In this document: positions 56,390 through 64,000 of the stretch, piece by piece
Position numbering within the stretch: the stretch's first letter is position 1
Layout: every line of letters starts with the position of its first letter
Assembly: GCA_964016885.1 (NCBI GenBank)
Contig: OZ024755.1
Location: 6,324,001 to 6,388,000, forward strand
Direction: 5' to 3'
Length of the DNA stretch: 64,000 bases
Source of the DNA: Eledone cirrhosa
Taxonomy: Eukaryota
Notes under the pieces: model-generated
What the model was told of the DNA's origin: nothing
Database searches by the model: none
What the model saw: the letters and a program-made list of their open reading frames with translations, nothing else
Position numbers and translations under genes: made by a program

Positions 56390-57289
56390 CGAGAGAGAGA
56401 GAGAGAGATTGGTGTTTTACTATGTTCAATTTATATACAATACCATTTGTATTGTCTACATATAATAGGTGCGTTAATACAAATTCGCTTGTTTACATGC
56501 GACCAGACACGGTATTTATCATGTTTCTAGAGCTACCCTGTAATGAGTCGATGAAGTGTTTGGTAATATAATGGTGCTTAGACTTTCAAAGAATACCGCC
56601 TGCTGGAAATAACTGTCTCTTCTAGGCTCATAGATTTTAGGAGCTCTTTGGAAGGGAAGCATCTCTTTGAAATAGGATGCGTCAAATAATTATACACGGG
56701 AATATGTTAATGTAATAAAGCGGAAAAAGAGAAAAAAGAGAAAAAAGAAAAACAAATATAATTTACGAAAGCAACAGTAACAAAGAACCGCAAATTGGGA
56801 TGTAGATGTTCGAGATAAACAGCAAGTGATGACAATCATGAACACAGGTTGCGATAAATATAGGCGAGAAATGCGATACATCTACATGTAATGCTTCGTG
56901 GTTACTTCGCTGTTTACACATTTTTCACGCTTTCGTGTTTATTGATATGATTTCCAACACTTTAGATTATTTAAAACCCCTCCATCACCCCGATATAACT
57001 TACAGGTGTATATTCTCGGTTTCTATGAAATATATATATGACGTGAAGAGCTTTGACAAAATTCTGATACTCTCAAAGATATAATTGTCTTTGAGAGTTA
57101 GTTTGTGTTGTGAGCTGATAAACAAGGAATGCTGTATATGTGTGAGAGTGTGTGTACATGCATAGTTACATAAATAGACGCACACACACACACACCCGCG
57201 CATATATATATATATAGTGAAAGTGTATTTGCGGTGGAGATAAGTACCGACTTTTAGAAAAAAAATATGCCCCTCATGTTATGCACCTC

Positions 57290-57324
<35 letters not shown>

Positions 57325-58442
57325 TGTAATGTTTAGTAGAATCGCGTTTTTAAACTGCCCTTGGTTGTATTTAAGATGTAATAGCAAAATATATATGTAC
57401 TCATCTATTTATGCAGATATATAAATGCCTACATTCTATCTCCCTTTTAATTTCTCTTTTCTTCCACACACACACAATCTCTCTCCCCTATCGGTATATC
57501 TTTCACACATATGTGTATGTCTACACACACACACACATCACTCATAGATAATAAGCACGCTCACACTATATATACTTCACAAATAGAAGCGGATGAATAG
57601 CGTAACATTTATTACAGAAGCACAAGCACATATTTTCGATGGGGTTGCTCCTATGTTTGCATAACATGTATACTATGCCAGAAAGGGGTATGGATATGTG
57701 TGTGTGTGTGTATATGTTTCTTTGTTTATGTCTGTACATGTATGATTGTATTAGCTGCGTGATTGTGTATTTGTTTGCGCGCACATGTTTCATCTGTAAG
57801 TGTGATGGTGTGTGTGTGTGTGTGTGTTAGTGCGCAAAGTTACGTATGAGCGTCTGTCTGAAATGTGATATCTTATATAAGTTTTTTGTTTGCCCTTCAC
57901 AATATATTTTCGTCGAGAACGAAACAGAATTACATCTTGAGTTTGATCAGCTGTGAACGCGCCTTCCAGCTAGTCTACTACAATAGACATTCATGACAAT
58001 TACCAGGCTAAATGAAGCACTCTACTCAATTGTGATGCGTAAGCCCGATATTATTTTTCTTTCGCTTAAAACATACTCGGAATCGCTTTCTCAAGAAGTC
58101 GACGTCCGAAATGTCATTAATGCAACAATCTCCCACTCTCTCTCTTTCATATATATATATATATGTGTATGTGTATGTGTGTGTGTGTATATATCTCCCT
58201 CCCTCCCTCTCTATATATCTATATATCTATATATATTTGTTTTGCAAGGTTTTTGATATGAAAGGTTTTCAACCGTTGGTCAATCAATGATAAAGATTGA
58301 TTGCCAAATAAATTAACTATAGAGATACAGAATATACATAAAAGACACAGAAGCGAAAACCAACCAAACAGTGAATGTGTTCCGTTATCATTTCTGGCAA
58401 TATTATTACAACAATATGACCCTCCCCCAAGTATAACAATAT

Positions 58443-58473
<31 letters not shown>

Positions 58474-58567
58474 TGGTGGTAAAACACCGGGAGTTTATAA
58501 CCGCAGTGCGACGAGCACTCAGTCAGTACGGCGAGATAATCCGTTGGTTTGTTAATTTGTCGTGGAA

Positions 58568-58627
<60 letters not shown>

Positions 58628-58765
58628 GCAATATTGTATAAATATTGTACATAGATCTATAGAATATGCATACCAACTCTAACATATATATCCTAGAAAC
58701 GATCGTAAAATGATGAATTTTGTTAATATAAGGAACTGTTTCTTTGTTTATTCATTATTTTATTA

Positions 58766-58825
<60 letters not shown>

Positions 58826-58853
58826 GAAGAATCGGAGACGAGATCACATAGGA

Positions 58854-58947
58854 AACATATCTGATGATCTTTCGACTACAGAGTCAGTTTCGGTCAATAA
58901 TAGGTCGTTCCTAAAGCTGATCGATAGGGAAACATATGTAATATGTT
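58854..58947 (+). ncRNA. Type I hammerhead ribozyme with extended helix II (predicted)
   Basis: Plus strand reads aacatat-CTGATGA-tctttcga...tcagttt...aagctga-tcgatagg-GAAAC-ATAT-GTA-atatgtt. Helix I is a perfect 7 bp, helix II is 7 of 8 paired plus a 7-bp extension, helix III lies in the palindrome ACATATGT, and the triplet is GUA (cut predicted after 58940). Confidence 0.8.
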
Positions 58948-58997
58948 ATTAAATATGTTATGATGCAACACTGAATCCTTGTTCCTATATTCTTATA

Positions 58998-59045
<48 letters not shown>

Positions 59046-59460
59046 GTGTGATTTGCCAGAGACGCTAAAGTGTTGGTTCATCTTTATATTTCATCCTTTC
59101 AAGATCGATAAAGGAAATTGATATAACCGTGCATAAAGTGAGGGAGGGGTAGCTTGTAGTAGAATATATGTATTTCTGGTACTATTTAAGTGTCCATGCT
59201 GATGTTAGCAATGATAATAACAACACTAACGATGATGTCAAGTAAATATAGACATTCAAACTTGACTCCCAACGGGCTGTCACTTGAGAGATTGTGTCTA
59301 AATATTTGAAAATATTATATTGATGTGGCTAAAGATCACATCAATGTTGGTCACATCTAATTAGTGTCAACCTTTTAATTTCTAACCTTGTTATTCAATT
59401 AATCTGTAACTGAAGGTATTGTTAAACTCCTGACATTATACTGATGTACTTCCTAATAAT

Positions 59461-59588
59461 TGTTTCTACGTTAGGCACAAGGCCAGCAATTAGCCAGTGC
59501 ATTACTGGTACTTTAATTTATCGACCCCGTAAGGATGAAAGGCAAAGTTAACCTCGGCGGGATTTGAACTCAGAATGGCAAGGGCCGT
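59461..59588 (-). mobile_element. SINE family A, 5'-truncated, with 17-bp TSD
   Basis: atgtacttcctaataat occurs at 59444-59460 and 59589-59605. Confidence 0.92.
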
Positions 59589-59669
59589 ATGTACTTCCTA
59601 ATAATACAATGTTGAAGGTATTTATGATATCTAGTTCTGGGTTCATACTTCGACATGTTTCATGTTTTA

Positions 59670-60325
59670 CTACGTTATATTATATATATTATACTATACT
59701 ATCTTATATTATATTGTATTATACTACCTTATGTTATATTGTATTATACTACCTTATGTTATATTCTATTATACTATCTTATATTATATTGTATTATACT
59801 ACCTTATGTTATATTGTATTATACTACCTTATGTTATATTATATTATACTTATGTTATATTATATTATACTATCTTATGTTATATTATATTATACTACCT
59901 TATGTTATATTATATTATACTACCTTATGTTATATTATATTATACTATCTTATATTATATTGTATTATACTACCTTATGTTATATTGTATTATACTACCT
60001 TATGTTATATTGTATTATACTACCTTATGTTATATTGTATTATACTACCTTATGTTATATTGTATTATACTACCTTATGTTATATTGTATTATACTACCT
60101 TATGTTATATTGTATTATACTACCTTCTATTATATCATCTTATACTATCTTATATTATCTCATATATTATACCATACTATCTTATTATATATTATACTAT
60201 GTTATGTTAAATTATACTATCTTCTATTATATCATATTATACTATCTTATTTTATATTATTCTTTATTATATTATATTATATTATATTATACTATACTAT
60301 ACCATATATTATACTATATTATATT
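59670..60325. repeat. Pentamer-based 30-bp minisatellite (tatactaccttatgttatattgtat..)
   Basis: Direct inspection. It is the source of the 182-291 aa spurious ORFs. Confidence 0.9.
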
Positions 60326-60326
60326 A

Positions 60327-60571
60327 ATGGGGTAATTGCTGGCCTTGTGCCTAAAATAGAAACAATTATATTATACTATATTACGGGCGGTGGATTGGCA
60401 GTATCGGTAGAGGGTCGGACGCCATGCTTTCCAGCATAGTTACGTCCCTTTACGATCTGATTTCAAATCCCGCCGAGGTTAACTTTGCCTTTCATCCTTA
60501 TAGGGTCGATAACAAAGTACCAGTAATGCACTGGGTAATTGCTGGCCTTGTGCCTAAGGTAGAAACAATTA
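60327..60571 (+). mobile_element. SINE family A (60384-60571) preceded by a duplicate of its own 3' end (60327-60369)
   Basis: gggtaattgctggccttgtgcctaa..tagaaacaattatattatactatatta occurs twice. Confidence 0.88.
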
Positions 60572-60730
60572 TATTATACTATATTATTATATCTATATAT
60601 TTCTTAATATTTTCTCACATCTAACTTCAAATTAGTTACTTTTCTGACGAAGGCATAACGTTGGATATGCAAAAGCCACTTCATATTGCGTTTCATACAG
60701 ACATGAACACATTTTGTAACTGTATATATA

Positions 60731-60831
60731 GAGGGTGTCCCCACAAAAATGTATACACACTTCAACATCATTCTAATAAATAATGCCTGTACAGGTAATG
60801 AAAGTGTGTATACATTTTTTGGGACAACCTG
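60731..60831. mobile_element. Tc1/mariner-type MITE (~100 bp)
   Basis: Same element as 14771-14871 in opposite orientation, with a TA left flank. Confidence 0.8.
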
Positions 60832-60835
60832 CACA

Positions 60836-60883
<48 letters not shown>

Positions 60884-61328
60884 GGTTATATATATATTAA
60901 TTAAAGGTTAATTAGTCTCATATACTTAAATATCTCAATGAGTGGATAAAATATATAGATAAGATATCACTCAGATAAGCAATATTACATATTAGATTTA
61001 AATGAGAAAAACTATGTGGGTATAAGCCAGACAGACAAAACATATTTTAGCTAGTCTCACTTTTATAAGGGTATCCGTACTGCAAACGAAACCATGATAG
61101 GTAGATCTTGACTTACGCGAGACTAGCTAAAATATTTTTTTACTCTTCGGCTTATACTCCCATAAATAGGACTTTTCTCAATATATATGTATATATATAT
61201 ATAAGTGTGGTAAGGAACTGGTTGGACCATAATGCACAGAGTATTCGATACCTAGGGTAGTTGAGTGGGTAATAGGAAAAGTGTCAGGACCCCGACGGTT
61301 GAGCGCCGACCGCTGCCTCCCTCTCTAT

Positions 61329-61360
<32 letters not shown>

Positions 61361-61361
<1 letters not shown>

Positions 61362-61466
61362 TGGCTTCTACATGACTAGAACTGTTTCATTCGAAAGAAA
61401 TCATCAGGAAGGCCCTGAGTGTTGAGTACCTTACTTATTGTGGTTACCCCCGATTGAACCCGGGTC
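61361..61466. mobile_element. Module family F, rearranged
   Basis: Minus strand reads ggccttc-CTGATGA-tttctttcgaat-GAAAC-agttcta-GTC. It is joined to an inverted copy of the other end of the family. Confidence 0.75.
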
Positions 61467-61929
61467 ACACACACATACATATTCATATATATATTATATA
61501 TTCATATATATAATACAGTAAATATTAGCGGAAGTCATTTGATGTTCTGCATAAACAGTAACAACAATAAGAGAAACAAACGCCAGTACTGTTTTAAACA
61601 TTAAGTAAAAGAAGCCCATGCTTAGGGCCTCAAATAAAGTGACCCTAAGACTGTATTCCAGTATAGTATATGGGAGGGTTCTTCATTATATATTATACGG
61701 GAATGGGGTATAATGTTTTAGTGTTTAGGACTTCTAATGATCGCAATCCACCCGTGACAACCACCACAACTGTAACAACAGTAACAACAAGGGCTATAAC
61801 AAATAACATTAACAGCAACAGTATTAATTACAGTTGTGATATTGATATTATTGGTAATGAGGTGCAGTTGCATTAATTTCATAGTTGGAAGAGCACTGGT
61901 TGGAATCATAAAGTGCTGATGGAAATTAT

Positions 61930-62328
61930 ACAACAACAACAACGAGTACACCAGCAACCACAACAACAACGAGAACAACGAGAACAACAATAACGAGAAC
62001 AACGAGAACAACAATAACGAGAACAGCAACAACGTCAAACAACAACAACAGTAACAACGTCAACAACAACAACAACAACGACAACAACGTCAACAACAAC
62101 AACAACGTCAACGACAACAACAACGTCAACAATAACAACGACGTCAACATCGACACCAACGACAACAACGTCAACAATAACAACGACAACAGCAACAACG
62201 ACAACAGCAACGACAACAGCAACAACAACAACGACACCAACAACAACGACACCAACAACAACGACACCAACAACAACGACACCAACAACAACGACACCAA
62301 CAACACCAACGTCAACAACACCAACGTC

Positions 62329-62362
<34 letters not shown>

Positions 62363-62530
62363 CCGACAGCAACGAGAACAAGAGCACTTGCTATGTTCAT
62401 TATATGCAGGATGTGAAGCAGCCATACAGAAGTAGCAGCATCAGCAGTAACAGCATCCGCAGCAGCAGAAGCAACAACAGCAACAACAGAAGCAGCAACT
62501 GCAACAGTCATAGCAATAGCAACAACAGCA
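61930..62530. repeat. (CAA)n/(CAG)n-type trinucleotide tract
   Basis: Direct inspection. It produces the poly-L and poly-V spurious ORFs. Confidence 0.92.
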
Positions 62531-63162
62531 GCTTATCTCATGCAATCGAAATGCAATATCGATGAATCAACTTTGAAAATAATTTGACTTATCTGTAAAG
62601 AGAAATTAGGTTGACAGTGAAGTCATTAGCTTCCCAATCTGTTTCTATGGCAAGTAACGACATTATCGAGAAGTGATCGGGTGCTTTAGATGTGTGAGAC
62701 TTATTTGAGTGGAGGCTGGCTTATGTGAGTAAAGTAGGAGTGACACAGATCTAGAATTATATACTGGAGAATGAGAGAGGGGAGGAGAGAGATGAGTGGG
62801 GAACTATTTATGAGTGTGACCTTCGTAAGGTAGATAAAAAGAGTAGGTAATAAGAGAGAAGGGGAGGGTAGTGTGAGAAGCAGTGAAAGTGAGAGAGATA
62901 GGGGAAGCAGTGAAATAGAGGGGGGGGAGAGAAAGTGTGGGAAGTAGATAGTATGGCTTTTGTTATTTAGCCCCAAGTCAACCTATTTATCCTGATGTGA
63001 TCAAATGTTTTACGGTTGTGACAGATCTTCGAGCTGAGTAAGGCTTTGAGGTGAGTAAAAGTGACAACCATCGCGACTAAGAAAGAGATAACGGTGAGTG
63101 AGGAACCGCGTATGATGCTGATGATGGTGGTCGTGGTCGTACTGCTGCTTCTGATGCTGATA

Positions 63163-63323
63163 TTGTTTCTACTTTTGGCACGAGGTCAGCAATTAAACCA
63201 GTGTATTACTGGTACTTTATTTTATCGACCTCGTAAGGATGAAAGGCAATGTTAACCTCGGCGGGATTTGAACTCAGGCCCTTTACGTTCTGAGTAAAAA
63301 TCCCGCCGAAGTTAACTTCGCCT
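63163..63323 (-). mobile_element. SINE family A fragment followed by an inverted partial copy
   Basis: 63163-63277 (-), then ccctttacgttctgagtaaaaatcccgccgaagttaacttcgcc (+). Confidence 0.8.
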
Positions 63324-64000
63324 TTGCTGATGCTGATGATGATGATGAAGCTGATGACGATAACTATGAAAAACATATATAGAAAAATAAAACGAAATAA
63401 ATATGACTGTAAAAGAAATGAAGCGAATAAAATAATATCAATATTAATAATTTGTGGCCTTATGCCAATGTTGAAGATCGATATTATTATTAGTGGATTG
63501 GCAATATTGATATTTAGTTACGTCATTTTGCTTTCTTGGATCAATTACGAGCGAGATCGAATATAATTCTGCATCGTTTCGAGAACTCGACAATTTAAGT
63601 GAAATCAAAGCAGTGGGTTCGATTCAATCAGTAATGCACGACATTACATTGTCTTGTGCCTCTCAGAAATCATTATAGACATGGCATCAAGACCGATAGG
63701 TTAGCAGCGAAAATGGTGATTGAATATGTCTTCGACCTGAAACACGACAGACACATTCATTTTTCAGATATAAGGTGTCTAGTCTCAGACACTAGGCAGT
63801 GAATTAGCAGAATCATTAGAATCTAGCACTGAATGATTCTCATTATTTCTTCCATCTTTCTGTCCTCTGAATTCAAAGAAAGGTGAGGTCAGATTTACCT
63901 TCCGTCCTTTCAAGATTGATAAACGAAGAAACAGTCTAATTGAGAGAGAGAGAGAGAAAGAGAGAGAGAGAATAAATGATGAATCCAGCACTAGACTGAT

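Noticed and set aside
59564-60439. 291 aa ORF
   Set aside because: Pentamer-based satellite flanked by SINE pieces.
60638-60680. CTGACGA plus a gcata/tatgc stem
   Set aside because: No GAAA, helix III or helix I.
61926-62511. Poly-Leu and poly-Val ORFs
   Set aside because: Translations of a (CAA)n microsatellite with no splice or domain support.

Overview
This is AT-rich, repeat-dense animal non-coding DNA (intergenic or one very long intron). The SINE sequences and the (TA)n/(CA)n/(GA)n load suggest an octopus or other cephalopod genome (inferred from recall, not from a search). No intact protein-coding gene is visible, and the long ORFs are microsatellite read-throughs. Recognisable content: about 25 copies or fragments of two tRNA-derived SINE families, two RTE-clade LINE 3' fragments, an R4/Dong-like RLE retrotransposon 3' fragment inside a microsatellite, a hAT MITE with an 8-bp TSD, three Tc1/mariner-type MITEs, and many micro- and minisatellites. 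The most interesting signal is a set of short (60-350 bp) recurring modules from several unrelated families, nearly always embedded in (TA)n tracts and often duplicated as inverted repeats. Three of them carry complete minimal type I hammerhead ribozyme folds with a palindromic helix III (38906-38970 -, 53443-53492 -, 58854-58947 +), and several more carry truncated or degenerate cores. This looks like a population of Penelope-like/retrozyme-like, (TA)n-associated non-autonomous elements. All folds were worked out by eye and are untested.
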